Counted from the first letter of the whole stretch, positions 25,589-38,626 are shown. The stretch is DNA of 64,000 nucleotides, filler included, from Stramenopiles sp. TOSAG23-6 (GCA_900128565.1; 19 parts of 19 records of this genome joined end to end with filler, not necessarily neighbours in it); one strand, 5' to 3'. Made by a program: numbers and translations. The notes: generated by a model from the letters alone, not told the origin.

Positions 25589-25815
25589 TCAAACAAAATT
25601 ATGAATTTTCGTATTGTTTTTTTTTGTCAGGCAGATGAGTTGAGTTCCTAATCAAAAAAAAAGGTAAAAATAGCAAGAAAGAAAAAACAACTGTCACAGT
25701 CACAGGAACGAAATTTTGATTAGGGTTAGGGTTTAGGATGGGTCAAAATGTAAAATGAGTCTCTCTCTCTAAATCGCGCGAAAATAAGGCGGTAAAATAG
25801 GGTAAAAAATAAAAA

Positions 25816-27086
25816 ATGTCTCGCCCTACACGGAGCTCTCGAAAAGCTGTCGTTAATTATGCAGAAGAAAGCGATGACGAGGAAATGATGGATATATCTT
25901 CAGAAGAGTGTGTTGTAAAAAGTGATTTAAAAATCGAAAATTCTCTTGAAAATAGTGACGATGACTTTGAAGTTGAAGAGTCTAGTAGTGACGATGAGAT
26001 TATTTATAAAAAAAACCCGTCATCAAAGCACAAACAACAAACACTACACTTTATTCCTGATGATTCATCTCGTTTCGACGTAGATTTGGGAGATGCTGAT
26101 TTTGTTTCATCTTTTTCAACCAAAGAAAACAAAAAAAACAAAAAAAAAGCGAAGAAAAACAAAGCAAAGAAAAAAAAAAAAAAATCGAATTCCGTTGAAG
26201 TTGACTACTCTATGTACAGAGTGTCTCGAGTATCAACTCGTCAACGGTCATCTTCAGGATCTACACTACACGATAAAGAAAATGTTCGTGTTAATTATAA
26301 GGAATGTTCAACGTCTGATTCGGATGATTTCAGCTCTTCCATTGAAGATGAATCTGGTGAACTTGGTGACATGGACAATTTCGAAGATGAGAGAGAAGAA
26401 CATATTATTGGAGAAATACTTGCACGTGATACACACACAGTATCCAAATGGAATGATATCATTACTACTATTAATACAAAATATATTTTACATGGACGTG
26501 CTAAATGGACTTTGAGTGATGATGTCATCAATATGTATGAAAAACACGAAAAACAGAAGAAAAATATACATTCGGAGTCGGTCCATCAAATATCAATAAA
26601 AACGTTAAAAAAAGGAGATATTGTTGATACTGTTTTTGGTTCTGGAGTGATTATAAGTAGTGATTTGTCGACGACTAGAGCGATAGAGGTACAATTGCCA
26701 TATGGTCATTTATTTTCGTCAACATTATTATCCTCTCAAAACATAAAAAACCCTAACCCTAGTACTAATGAACAAGAACACCTAAAAAACATAAAAAACA
26801 TAAAAAACCTAAAAAACATAAAAAACATAAAAAACCCTAACCCTACTACTCATAAAAATAATATGGTTATAGAAGATAGATTTCTAATTAAATGGAAAGA
26901 ATTATCACATTTACATTTATCTTGGCAATCTATAAAAGAATTACAAAATGTTGATCTACGAGCCAATCAAAAAATTAAAAAATTTTTATCACGTTTTACA
27001 GATTTTAATAATGGTACAGATTTTATACCGAATGCTCAAAGTTCAATAGATTCATTAATTAATACAGATTTTTTATTACCTGAACG
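25816..27086 (+). CDS. Chromodomain protein, probably the N-terminus of a CHD-family remodeller
   Basis: FLIKWKELSHLHLSW resembles CHD chromodomain 1; acidic/basic N-terminus; ends at PER before a family intron. Confidence 0.7.
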
Positions 27087-27388
27087 TATGTATGTTTTAA
27101 TTTTTTTTTTTGTATGAATTTTTTTTTCGTACGAAATTTTGTACCTAACGATTTTTTTTTGAAATATTTTNNNNNNNNNNNNNNNNNNNNNNNNNNNNNN
27201 NNNNNNNNNNNNNNTTAATTAATTAANNNNNNNNNNNNNNNNNNNNNNNNNNNNNNNNNNNNNNNNNNNNGGAACTGTCCAATTTATGTACGTTTTCAAA
27301 ATTGAATTTTTTTTTTTTTTTTTTTTTTTTCGTACGTAATTTTGTACCTAATGATTTTTTTTACTAAAAAAAAAATTCACAGTACATG

Positions 27389-29081
27389 TTGAACGGTTGG
27401 CGTGAAATGTCACTTTCATTGGCTGATCCATATATATTGCCACCAAATCCTCTCCAACCATACATGTCAATTTTGCTTCTTGAGGATAGAAACATGTATG
27501 TTTTTTTTTTTTTTTAAATTTGAAATTGAATTTATTTTTTTATAAAAAGTTTGTACCTAACAAATTTTGAAATATTTTTGAAATATTTTTCCAAAATACA
27601 TTATATTAGATTCTTTTCCATTTCATTCATCCGATAATTTAAGACAACTCGTAATTAGTTCGGATCCAATGAAAAATTTCCACGATTTACAATTGGAAAC
27701 GGGAATACCTTTGGCACAATTGTATCGACTTGCAGCTCATTTGTTATACTGGGGTAAAGCTAGAGTTATTAAAAAAATAAGTAAAGATAGTATATATAGA
27801 ATGGATTTATCGGCAACTGCTGACACTGGGGGTTATGTATGTTTTACTGTTTTTTTTTTGGATGAATTTTTTTTTCGTACGAAATTTTGTACCTAACGAT
27901 TTTTTTTGTTTTTGCAATATTTTTCCAAAATACATGGAAGTTCTAGTGTTGCGACTGCCTTGGGTCTTGAACGTGCAAGTGCTATTTATCCTACGGAAAT
28001 TCTAGTTCCAACATCCCCTTTACTTGCAAAGTTTACTCTTGTACATTTTCATTATGAATTTCAATATGTTTTTTTCGTAGAAAATTTTGTACCTAACGAT
28101 TTTTTTTTTCGTAAAAAAAAAAAAAAATATTTTTCACAGTACTCAGTTTCCCTGAATACCCTGGTGAATTTTTTTTCGTAGAAAATTTTGTACCTAACGA
28201 TTTTTTTTTTCGTAAAAAAAAAAAAATATTTTTCACAGTACTCAGTTTCCCTGAATACCCGGGTGAATTTCTGCATACACTTTTACAGCGTTTTGCTGGA
28301 GGTAAGCGAGTGTCGGAATTATTGTCTGAGCTTAGCGATCGCCAACAAGTTTCATTTATTAATATGTTGGTTTGGTTGTTGCAGAATAGGTGTACGTTTT
28401 CATCAGTAATTTTAATTTTTTTTTGGTACGAAATTTTGTACCTAATGATTTTTTTTTTTTGGATGTATTTTTTTATTTGTCATTTCAATTTTTGTTTTAT
28501 ACCAAATTCAATTACCTAACAAATTTCAATAAAGGTAAAAAATATTTTCCCAAAATACATGTCTAATTGAAGTGAACGAATATATTCATTTAAGAATAGA
28601 GCCATCTGCTCGAAGTCGTGGTATGTCTTTTGATTTTGGAACACGAAATATGAATAATGATAGGAAATTGAACCATTCTATAGAGAGACAAATTCGAAGA
28701 TTTGAAACAAATATGAAACTAACTGGATCTCGTGTGTCTCGTTTGTTCTGGCAAATGCTCCTAGGCATATCAAATAAACGTAATAGAGGTAGAGATCAAA
28801 TGAAAAATATGAGTTCTGGTAATAATAAATATGATAGTCGTGTGCAGTCAACTTCGAAAAAAGGTGCACGTCAACAAAGTGAGGCTACAAAAAATATGAA
28901 AACTTCGCTAGATGGATTTTCATCAGGATCGTTTAATGGCTCTCGGGATTTTGAAGAAATTATGTGGCGAGAAGGCGTTAGTCGTGCAGAGCTTATGCTT
29001 GTACTAAATAAGTATAAAGGAATTCTTTTAACAGTGCGACATCCAGAGCCGTGCATTATAAGCAAACCAATAATAAACTGA
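27389..29081 (+). CDS. NPRL3: GATOR1 subunit NPRL3-like, 3' exons
   Basis: PYMSILL, TGIPLAQLYRLAAHLLYWGKARVI, MLVWLLQNR|CLIEVNEYI and FNGSRDFEEIMWREGVSR match Npr3/NPRL3 motifs; several GT-AT introns. Confidence 0.8.
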
Positions 29082-29155
29082 TTTATTTGGTTTTTTTACA
29101 TTTTAATTTATTTAAAAAAAAACTTGTTTTTGCTAGAATTAGTTTTGGTCTATTT

Positions 29156-30508
29156 TCATCTTCGGAATTTACTGGAACTTTTTCTTAAAATTCTACGAAT
29201 TTTCAATAAATTGGATAATTCTTCAGTCATCTTTTGCATTTCATTGCGCTTTTCATCTATAGTAACTAGTATTTTTGGTTTACCCAGACGACCACGATGA
29301 ATACGCCATGAAATTAAATGTTGTTTCATAAATTTTGAAAAACTATCTTCGATCTCTTGTAGAATTTGTTCATGTTGTCTAGCCGCAGATAGTCTAGCTC
29401 TAGACCATACTAATTGGACATTTTCCAATGAAATAAAATCTGTATTTTCTTCTACATTATTTTCAGTATCTTTAGGAATACAAGGACCACAATCGTACAT
29501 GGAGATGAATGGTGAAGTATACAATACTGGTTGGGCAGTCACAAGTGCTTTGCTATGATCTGAAAATGTTTTCGGACTTTTTGGCATTGGATTATACTTT
29601 GAACTTTGAAAATTATTTTTTGTGTTATTGCTCATTATTGAAGCACTCCTATCCAGACCAATACTTCTAATATCACTAATTACTGGAACCCCAAGATTTG
29701 TTGGAATAATTTTGCTTACACCACCGAATTTTTTACCCGCTTCTAAGAGGGATTTCCAAGGGGTACTCATTCCATCATTTGCTGGCTTCCACGTGTATGT
29801 ATTGTGAAAAAATATTTTACATTCAAATATGTTGTTAGATACAATTTTTGGTACAANANAAAAAAGGTAAAAAAGTCAATTTTGAAAACGTACATTGAAT
29901 GATAAATTCAGGTAAAACATTTGCTGGCTCAAATATCAAGTATTCTTCTTGTGCTGGTGAATACATTGCATCAAATGCTGATGTAGATTTCATTGTTGGG
30001 AACCCTTTATAGTCTCTAGATGTAACGAAAAGTCGTTTTATAATAACTCTACATAGTGCTATATATCTTACTTTGTCTTTAGTACTATTTACATTGGAAG
30101 TATTTCCTGTAGTTTTATTCTCTAATAAAGCAACTCTTTCGTCATCTAGAGTTGAGTATCGTGAGAACATTGATGGGAAAGTGACAGGATGACTTTTGTT
30201 TACCTGATCTTTTGCATATGGCAATGTATCATCTTCTTGACTGTTTCCTGCACCATACCAAGATTTTCGAAATATAGTTTTTTTTTCCTTTTTTATTGAA
30301 GAAACATTCTCATCCTTTGTATCTACAGCGTCTTTGTTCATTTTAGAACCAAACCCATACACAATAACATGTTCTAAACTTTCAGGAGCAATAGTGCAGA
30401 ATAGACCTTTTACTTTGCCCTTCTCCATTAATCCCACACGTGTCTGAAAATCATCTAAAGATATTGAATTTTCAACTTTAAAAACATTTAAAACATTGAA
30501 CCCTTCCA
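29156..30508 (-). CDS. Protein with PARP-catalytic-like segment, last two exons (29894-30508, 29156-29796)
   Basis: IALCRV...EEYLIFEPANVLPEFIIQ|Y resembles the end of a PARP fold; the GT-AT intron 29797-29893 joins CAA T|AC ACG in frame with the 29156 ORF. Confidence 0.6.
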
Positions 30509-30750
30509 TGTATTTTGAAAAAATATTTCAAAAAAAATCGTTAGGTACAAAATTTCGTACGAAAAAAANNNNNNNNNNNNNNNNNNNNNNNNNNNNNNNN
30601 NNNNNNNNNNNNTTAATTAATTAANNNNNNNNNNNNNNNNNNNNNNNNNNNNNNNNNNNNNNNNNNNNTTTTTTAAATTTTTTAAATTTTTTTTCGTAGT
30701 AAATTTTGTACCTAACAAAAAAAAAGTTAAAATTTTCAAAAAAAAAAAGA

Positions 30751-31275
30751 ATGTGGTTTAGCAACATAATAAATCAAATTCCGGGTGTTCGACACAGATT
30801 ATCTCTTTATTTAAGAACGAAAGAAATGGTGTCGTTATTTGAGGCTTGCAGCTCCATGAATGCAATTATAGCTTGGACTGAGGACTGCTATCTCTGGACT
30901 CAACTTTATAAGCGTGATTATGCAAATTTAATTGGAAAAGTTATTTTCGATAATAATAGTAATAGAAGAGTCATCCGTGACGTTGTTCGTTCTGATCCTG
31001 TGTATCTGCAATATAAGCAAGTATATAAAGATGTAAGTCAAATACGGTTGAGAGAAAGTTTATTTCCCACCCGAGATATAGGTGATGCTAATTATTTATT
31101 ACTCCGTGACGAGGAAATGCAAGCTGCGGCGCGAGAACATCGCGCAGCAACAGCAAGGAATTTTGAAATATCATTACCCCAGTTACCATATGATATTCAA
31201 AATCTACCTGGTAGTGATATAACAAATCAGTGGCGAATGAGGAGGAGATCACAATATAGGAGAAACCTATTATAA
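30751..31275 (+). CDS. Hypothetical protein with weak F-box-like pattern
   Basis: Open frame; LSLYLRTKEMVSLFEACSSM...LWTQLYKRDY. Confidence 0.45.
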   Translation: MWFSNIINQIPGVRHRLSLYLRTKEMVSLFEACSSMNAIIAWTEDCYLWTQLYKRDYANLIGKVIFDNNSNRRVIRDVVRSDPVYLQYKQVYKDVSQIRLRESLFPTRDIGDANYLLLRDEEMQAAAREHRAATARNFEISLPQLPYDIQNLPGSDITNQWRMRRRSQYRRNLL

Positions 31276-31618
31276 ACAAAAAATATATATTTAGAAAATA
31301 AACGAATTCTTGTCATTTTCTAGAATTTTTTTTATCAAAGATTTTATTCTAACAATAATACGATAATACTATTATTTTTCCACTTCTGAAGGTTTTCAGG
31401 AATTACAAATTCAGACTGACCGTTTTCGTTTTCGTTTTCGTGTAAACGAAAAACAGTTACTTTTAACCTACTACTATATTCCAATAGAAGTAACATCACA
31501 TCTTCGTATTAAGTATCTTATTTAACGACCGCACTTCGTAAGTACTCCATTACCATTTAACTAATTCACCATTAGATATATGTTTTCTTCAGTGAAATAA
31601 TTGTTTGATATAATAGAC

Positions 31619-33466
31619 ATGCGAAAGCTCCGCGTTTCCACAGAAAAAGAGTCGAATGTATTGCATGACTATGGATACTCACCACACAGTCCTCATGGAA
31701 AACCTCTCAATGCAATAGTCGGAAGTGGTCTTAGTACTAAAAAAAGCCCTAACAAATTAGCCGAACACCACAAACATGGTCATCCAGGCCCATGGGGGGG
31801 AACTCATATTGATAGATCAAAGCAAGAAGAACATGCAAAACTTCGCGCAGAGCATGCTGCAGAAAAAGTAAAAAAACGACAAGAAAAACGGCTGAAAGAT
31901 AATGCTGAAGGTAGACCTTGGGGCGGTGCTCCACGAGGAACGACGATAAATGGCAGTATGAATAGCTCCGAAAACTTTGGGTTTAACAGGATTTTATTAT
32001 CTGGGTCACCACGGCTAAACCGAATTCAGCCGACTAGATATAAGTCTACCGCGTCAAGAAAAAAGTTTAATAGTATTTTGAAGGAAGATGGAGCATTGCA
32101 GGTTTTACACGCGGAGCAACAACTTGAAGAGTTATTACAAAAATATGAAAGTGGATTTACTAAATCCCATGGTTGGGGAATATCTGATGCACATGTTACC
32201 ACACATGAATGGGGAAAAGCTCATCATTTAAGTGAAGGTGATTCTCATTTGCTAAGCGTCGTAGCAACAGCAGCAGGAAAAGCTGCAGCTTCCGCAGTTA
32301 GAAAGCATAATGGGGCAAGTTTAAGTGCCGCACAAGCTGCTGCTACTGCTGCCGCTAAGGCCGTTGTTCCAAAGTACAAGGGGGATAACCTTCCTGCTGC
32401 CGTCATTGGTGAAAATGCAGCAGCGGCCGCATTGTCAGCTATCAATATAAAGTCCGATAAGGGAATGAATAATAAACATTTAGTACAGGCCATACTTGAA
32501 CTTGCTTCACAAGCAGCTGCACGAGTGTCATTAGCAGCAAGAGGAACCCCCAAAGAAGCCTCAACAGCCGCTGCTATTGCAGCTGCGTACATCGTTACTA
32601 AATGGCGATTACATCTTACAGCTGGTGCATTAGAGTCTGTGGCGCGTATCTCGCATCACATTGCATCTGAGGCAAATATTGTAGATTCTGATGAGGTTAG
32701 CGAGATAGTATCTAATTCAGTGATAAAGCTTACAAGTTTAGTCGCAAAACATGCCGGTGAAATTGCCGGCATACAGGCAGATAAATCAGGTGCATCATTC
32801 TCTGAAGTGATTCGTTTGATAGCGTTACATTCCGCCCGCGCTGTTGTATTCTGTGGAGGTTCGGTTGATCTTGCATGCAAAGTTTCCATTGAAGCAGCTT
32901 TTGGTGCTGGTGGTTCACCACATGACGTCATTCCATCTGTTGCTGCTGCATGTGTTGATATCTCCGTACTAAAAGGTGAAACAGAGCAAGATGCAGTAAT
33001 AACTGCTGCTAATGTAGTACATAGTGCATGGGCTCTAACGTCATCTCATCTACATGGTAAAGAATCATCAGTGACATCTAGTGAAGATTCAGTGTATAGT
33101 AAAGAATCTTCGCCAGTATCTCGTAAATATTCGGTGTATCGTGAAGAATCTTCGCCAGTATCTAGAGAAGATTCAGTGTATAGTAAAGAATCTTCGCCAG
33201 TATCTAGTGAAACAAACAGTAATATTTCATGGATAGAAGATCATAACGTATCATTACAACCACAACGTCGGATACCAAAAAGGCTATATGTTCCTAAAGC
33301 TAAAAAATCACCTCAAGTGAAAAGTGAAACAAATAATAATATTTCATGGATAGAAGATCATAATGTATCATTACAACCACACCGTCAGATGCCACCAACG
33401 GAAGATCATAATGTATCAGTACAACTAGACCGTGAGATGCCACCAGCGCCGCCACCTCCAATATAA
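31619..33466 (+). CDS. Hypothetical Ala-rich protein with short C-terminal repeats
   Basis: Intronless ORF of about 615 aa with coding-like composition. Confidence 0.75.
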   Translation: MRKLRVSTEKESNVLHDYGYSPHSPHGKPLNAIVGSGLSTKKSPNKLAEHHKHGHPGPWGGTHIDRSKQEEHAKLRAEHAAEKVKKRQEKRLKDNAEGRPWGGAPRGTTINGSMNSSENFGFNRILLSGSPRLNRIQPTRYKSTASRKKFNSILKEDGALQVLHAEQQLEELLQKYESGFTKSHGWGISDAHVTTHEWGKAHHLSEGDSHLLSVVATAAGKAAASAVRKHNGASLSAAQAAATAAAKAVVPKYKGDNLPAAVIGENAAAAALSAINIKSDKGMNNKHLVQAILELASQAAARVSLAARGTPKEASTAAAIAAAYIVTKWRLHLTAGALESVARISHHIASEANIVDSDEVSEIVSNSVIKLTSLVAKHAGEIAGIQADKSGASFSEVIRLIALHSARAVVFCGGSVDLACKVSIEAAFGAGGSPHDVIPSVAAACVDISVLKGETEQDAVITAANVVHSAWALTSSHLHGKESSVTSSEDSVYSKESSPVSRKYSVYREESSPVSREDSVYSKESSPVSSETNSNISWIEDHNVSLQPQRRIPKRLYVPKAKKSPQVKSETNNNISWIEDHNVSLQPHRQMPPTEDHNVSVQLDREMPPAPPPPI

Positions 33467-33592
33467 TAAAATAATAGTTTAGATGATTACGACAATACGT
33501 TTCATAAAATATCAAAGAATAAAGTGTGTTTTTTTATTTTTTTCATATAGTAGACATCAAAACATTAGATATACTATTCTTTACATATATTT

Positions 33593-33924
33593 TTAAGCAT
33601 AATGTAATTTTCCATTCATCACATCATTCAAATCACCTGGATTAATGTTACTACCTGATACTACACAAACAATTCTTTTACCAGTTACTTTTTGAGATAG
33701 TACAGCAGCTATACCTGCACATGTATTTTGGAAAATAATTCAAAAAAAATCGTTAGGTACAAAATTTCGTACGAAAAAAAATTCAAATTGAAAAAAAATA
33801 AAACGTACAACCCGAAGTTTCGCAAACGAAACCAAATGAATACATTAACTTTGTTGCTGCTACTAAATCTTCATCCGTTACGAGGACAACTTGATCAACA
33901 AATTCTTTGCAATGCGAATACGTA
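33593..33924 (-). CDS. PLP-dependent threonine dehydratase / serine racemase family, last two exons (not in ORF track)
   Basis: Spliced CKEFVDQVVLVTDEDLVAATKLMYSFGFVCETSG|CAGIAAVLSQKVTGKRIVCVVSGSNI matches the fold-type II C-terminus; intron 33721-33807. Confidence 0.82.
33721..33807 (-). other. Family intron, GT-AT (87 nt, contains no AG)
   Basis: TCG GGT T|GTACGTTTT...CCAAAATACAT|GT GCA GGT preserves ExSGxAGIAA spacing. Confidence 0.85.
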
Positions 33925-34063
33925 ATGTATTTTGGAAAAATATTTCAAAAAAAAATCGTTAGGNNNNNNNNNNNNNNNNNNNNNNNNNNNNNNNNNNNNN
34001 NNNNNNNTTAATTAATTAANNNNNNNNNNNNNNNNNNNNNNNNNNNNNNNNNNNNNNNNNNNN

Positions 34064-35036
34064 AAGGCAATCGATCTTCACAATGATTGCCAGTGAAACC
34101 TTCTTTGCACTTACAAAAACATGAACCAAATTTACCTGAAGCTAGACCATCATTTTGGCAAGGTTTATTGTCTTTACCTGTGGTACAAGGCAATCGATCT
34201 TCACAATAATCGCCAGTGAAACCTTCTTTGCACTTACAAAAACATGAACCAAATTTACCTGAAGCAATACCATCATTTTGGCAAGGTTTATTGTCTTTAC
34301 CTGTAGTACAAGGCAATCGATCTTCACAATGATTGCCAGTGAAACCTTCTTTGCACTTACAAAAACATGAACCAAATTTACCTGAAGCTAGACCATCATT
34401 TTGGCAAGGTTTATTGTCTTTACCTGTGGTACAAGGCAATCGATCTTCACAATAATCGCCAGTGAAACCTTCTTTGCACTTACAAAAACATGAACCAAAT
34501 TTACCTGAAGCAATACCATCATTTTGGCAAGGTTTATTGTCTTTACCTGTAGTACAAGGCAATCGATCTTCACAATGATTGCCAGTGAAACCTTCTTTGC
34601 ACTTACAAAAGCATGAACCAAATTCACCTGAAGCTAGGCCATCATTTTGACAAGGTTTATTGTCTTTACCTGTGCTACAAGGTAGTCGATCTTCACAATA
34701 ATCGCCAGTGAAACCTTCTTTGCAAATACAATAACAAGAGTGTCTGTCGCCTGAAGCAGTACCATCATTTTGACAAGGTTTATTCCCTTTGCCCGTGGTA
34801 CAAGGCAATCGATCTTCACAATAATCGCCAGTGAAACCTTCTTTGCAATCACAATAACAAGAGCCACTGTCACCTGAAGCTATACCATCATTTTGGCAAG
34901 GTTTATTGTCTTTACCTGTGGTACAAGGTGTCGTTGCTGCTGCTTTAATAGGAGAAATGAAGCAAACATGAAGTAAAAATATCATCGATAAAGCTACACC
35001 ATGATGAAAAGTTGGATAGTATCGCTTCTTTCTCAT
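34064..35036 (-). CDS. Secreted protein with tandem EGF-like repeats (5' part)
   Basis: Signal-like N-terminus followed by at least 7 near-identical PCTTGKDNKPCQNDG..CxCKEGFTGxxCE units. Confidence 0.9.
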
Positions 35037-35294
35037 TCTGGATTAAGTCCAACAGAATTAGAATGAAGTCTAGCTAGTAGTAGTATACTCTATATTATGA
35101 CTAAAAAAAAAGCTATATAGGAATGACAGCCGAAAGTAAAGTTTGATGTTTTGATCGTGATGACTCAATCAAAAATCTCAAATCGATTCGAAAATGACAC
35201 CCTAACCCTAATTATTTTTCAAATCGATCAAGAATGCATCCGGAATGCATGTCAAAACTTTTTCAAAAGAGAAAGATTAAGCATATATTGTGCA

Positions 35295-37220
35295 ATGCAG
35301 CGTCGTGGAAGTACACGCCAAATAGCCGTCGGATGGCTAGAAAAGAAGTGTAAACGTATGGGGTATGTTCGGCGTTGGATGCTTTTAAACTCACAGGGCG
35401 AACTTTTGCAAGCAAAGGACGAAAGAGGTAAAAAACGGCGTCTTCTAGTGTCATTGACACCAGGTTGTGGTTTACATGCACGTGCTCTAGAAGGTAAGAG
35501 TTCATCATTATATATCGGTTCAACAAATCCAAATATAAAAACTCGTATTTTTCTGCGTGCGGTTGATGAAGCTGTCCGCGATGAATGGCTTATTGCAATT
35601 CTTATTTCTCTTGGTGAAGTTAGAAAAGGCGGTGGTAATATAAATGGTTTGAGTATGGGTAATGTCACGTCACAATTAGTTCATGCGTCAGGATCACTAT
35701 CTGTGACAACAAATTGGTCAAAAGTTAGATTAGCTAATAGTAATGGAAAACTTAAGCTATGTAATAATGCGAATTTGACGCCCATAAATTCGGATAGCAA
35801 AAATAATGATGAGTGTGGAAGTGATAATGATGATGAGAAATCTCCAGTTTCGGCGTATTGGGCTAGAGTTCGAAGAGCATCAGCGCGAGGAGAGTTTGGT
35901 CCTGGATATAATACAGAAAACGGAGAAAATACACAAAATACAAAAAATACACAAAATACACAAAATACACAAAATATACAAAATATACAAAATATACAAA
36001 ATATACAAAATACACAAAATACACAAAATACAAAAAGTCAAGGATTATCCTCCAATCTATCCTCCAGTGCCCCTCAAAAAAGTCTCGATATTGACGCCAA
36101 TAAAAGTTTGGGCCCAAAATCAGAGTCACAAGAGAATCTTATTTTAGATAATTTATTTGATGAAAAACAAAATCCTTCAAAGAACTCAAAATCAATAGAT
36201 AACCCTAACCCTAATACAGATAATTCATTAGGGTTAGGGTTCCTCCAGGACGTCCAAGAACTTGATTCATTTTTATCTGCTTCGGAATTAAGGGTGAGAA
36301 GAGATTCCAAGTTTAAAAAGAAAGTTTCAATTTATTCTCCTCATCTTTCGTCTAATACAGAATTGGCAATTACTGCTGCATGTACGTTTTCAATTTCGAA
36401 TTTCGAATTTTTTTTTTTTTTTGTACGAAATTTTGTACCTAACAATTTTTTTTTTTTGAAAATATTTTCCAAAAAATATTATTAGATAGCCGCCATAGAG
36501 CAACATCACTACGCGAATTTTCATTAGATGACACTTCATCTGCAAAATTATCATCGAGAACAAATCAGAAAGAACCTGATAAATATTCTAATGATAACCC
36601 TAACCCTAATTTTAGTCTTCCTTTGAGACAATACCCATTTGAAATTAGTAAATTATCAAATGGAGAAAATGAATCTGTGCCTGCTGATCTCAAGTCCTCT
36701 GTTCGACGGCGAATATTTGTATATTATACACTTTCATTTCAAATTTATTTTTTTTTTTCTTTTTTTTTTCGTACGAAATTTCGTACCTAACAGATTTCAA
36801 TTTTTTTTTCGAAATATTGTTCACAATATTTGGTGCTCTTCGAGATGCATTACACGGAATAGTCAACGCCAATACTACTGATAAAAGTTCTCCTATATTA
36901 GTTTTGGATAGTGATACGCATTTTATTATGAGAACTGTCTGCACATACCAAGAAGTTATTTTGTTAGGTTTCGTGTCAATAGAAATATTAGGTAATATCC
37001 AAGATAAAGTAAAATGGAAAAAGTATAAAAATTTTATATACTTTATTTCACCGATTATTTTTGATACATCAAAATCTTCATCACACTATTTGTCATCCAT
37101 TGATACTCTACTTGCTTTGTATCAAATAAGTACAAAAAATGCGAAAAATAATAAAAACCCAAACACATCGCATGGATCGATACTCATTTTGTTTACAGAG
37201 CCTTCATCTGTTGATGGATG
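35295..37220 (+). CDS. PH-domain protein fragment, multi-exon (downstream exon linkage uncertain)
   Basis: VGWLEKK...YVRRWMLL...FLRAVDEAVRDEWLIAI is a PH signature; family introns at ~36382 and ~36720. Confidence 0.65.
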
Positions 37221-37308
37221 TGCGTTTTTCAAAATTATTTTTTTTACCAATTTTTTTTTTTTTTGTTTTTCATACGAAATTTTGTACCTAACGAATTTTT
37301 TACTACCC

Positions 37309-37344
<36 letters not shown>

Positions 37345-37467
37345 TTTAAAAANNNNNNNNNNNNNNNNNNNNNNNNNNNNNNNNNNNNNNNNNNNNTTAA
37401 TTAATTAANNNNNNNNNNNNNNNNNNNNNNNNNNNNNNNNNNNNNNNNNNNNGTATTTTTTCATTGT

Positions 37468-37503
<36 letters not shown>

Positions 37504-37517
37504 AATTTTTTTTTTTG

Positions 37518-37556
<39 letters not shown>

Positions 37557-37607
37557 TGTTAGGTACAATACTGACTATAAAAAAAAACAATGTATGAAAA
37601 AACGTAC

Positions 37608-38053
37608 TCTCATCATGTCCGTAGGTTTTCTTGGGTCAAGTTCCCCAACAATGGCAACATTTTCTCCTCTAACTACATTTATTTTGGAAAAATATTTCAA
37701 AAAATCTAAAAAAAATTGTTAGGTACAAAATTTCGTACGAAAAAAAAAAATCGATTTTTTTTTATCGGAAAAATAAAAATAAAACATATATATAAACCCA
37801 AAGGAATGTCAGCATAGTTGCGGCCTGCATATCGACGCTCGTACGTATCTTCAAGTACAAAATTCGTAAATTGATCAAAACTACGTAACAACCCTACTAA
37901 GTGACGGCCATCTTGCAATATAAGAATGACTTTTTTATCTAACTGTTCCACAAGACTGCATGTTCCAGGAAGTGTCGCAGGAGTACGCGGAGGTGGTAAA
38001 ATAGGTGGCATCATAGGCGGTATCATGTTCCCTACTGGCATTTCCACAGACAT
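37608..38053 (-). CDS. LSM1: Sm-like protein LSM1 (3'-truncated)
   Basis: SLVEQLDKKVILILQDGRHLVGLLRSFDQFTNFVLEDTYER...DIPLGLY|VVRGENVAIVGELD. Confidence 0.92.
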
Positions 38054-38626
38054 TCACTCGTATAGTATGGTATATTTATTCTAGAGTAAAAAGTATCGTT
38101 CGTTGTACTGACGACGGATGAGATGAATGAACGATTAATGTCAATATTGTGTATAGCCAATGTAAGCTATCTCTGTTCTGTACTATTCACTGTTGACCGT
38201 GTACACAACGTGAATCAAATGTGAGAATAAAAGGTAGATTAGTATACAAGTTATAGCTTCAAAATTGTACTAACTAGAGCTAAAAAACAAACAATTCGAG
38301 AAATTATTATATATAAATGTCAATCTATCAAAAAAAATTTCTTTTTTGTTTTGTACAAAAAATGTTGCGCAACAAAAATGAACACGTGTCAGAGTTTGTT
38401 GTGAATGAAGCAGGTTTGTTCTATATATTTTGTCGTTTTAAAATGAAACTGTAGAATTTCATTCACATGATGGATGGATGGAAAAAAACAAAAAAAAAAC
38501 AAAAAAAACAAAAAAAAAAGGACAAAAAAGACAATACAATTGTAATGAGACTATAAACCTATAACCCCCCCTAATTTTATTGTCCAATCTTAACCCTACT
38601 ATCCCTAATAACCCTAATACACTACA

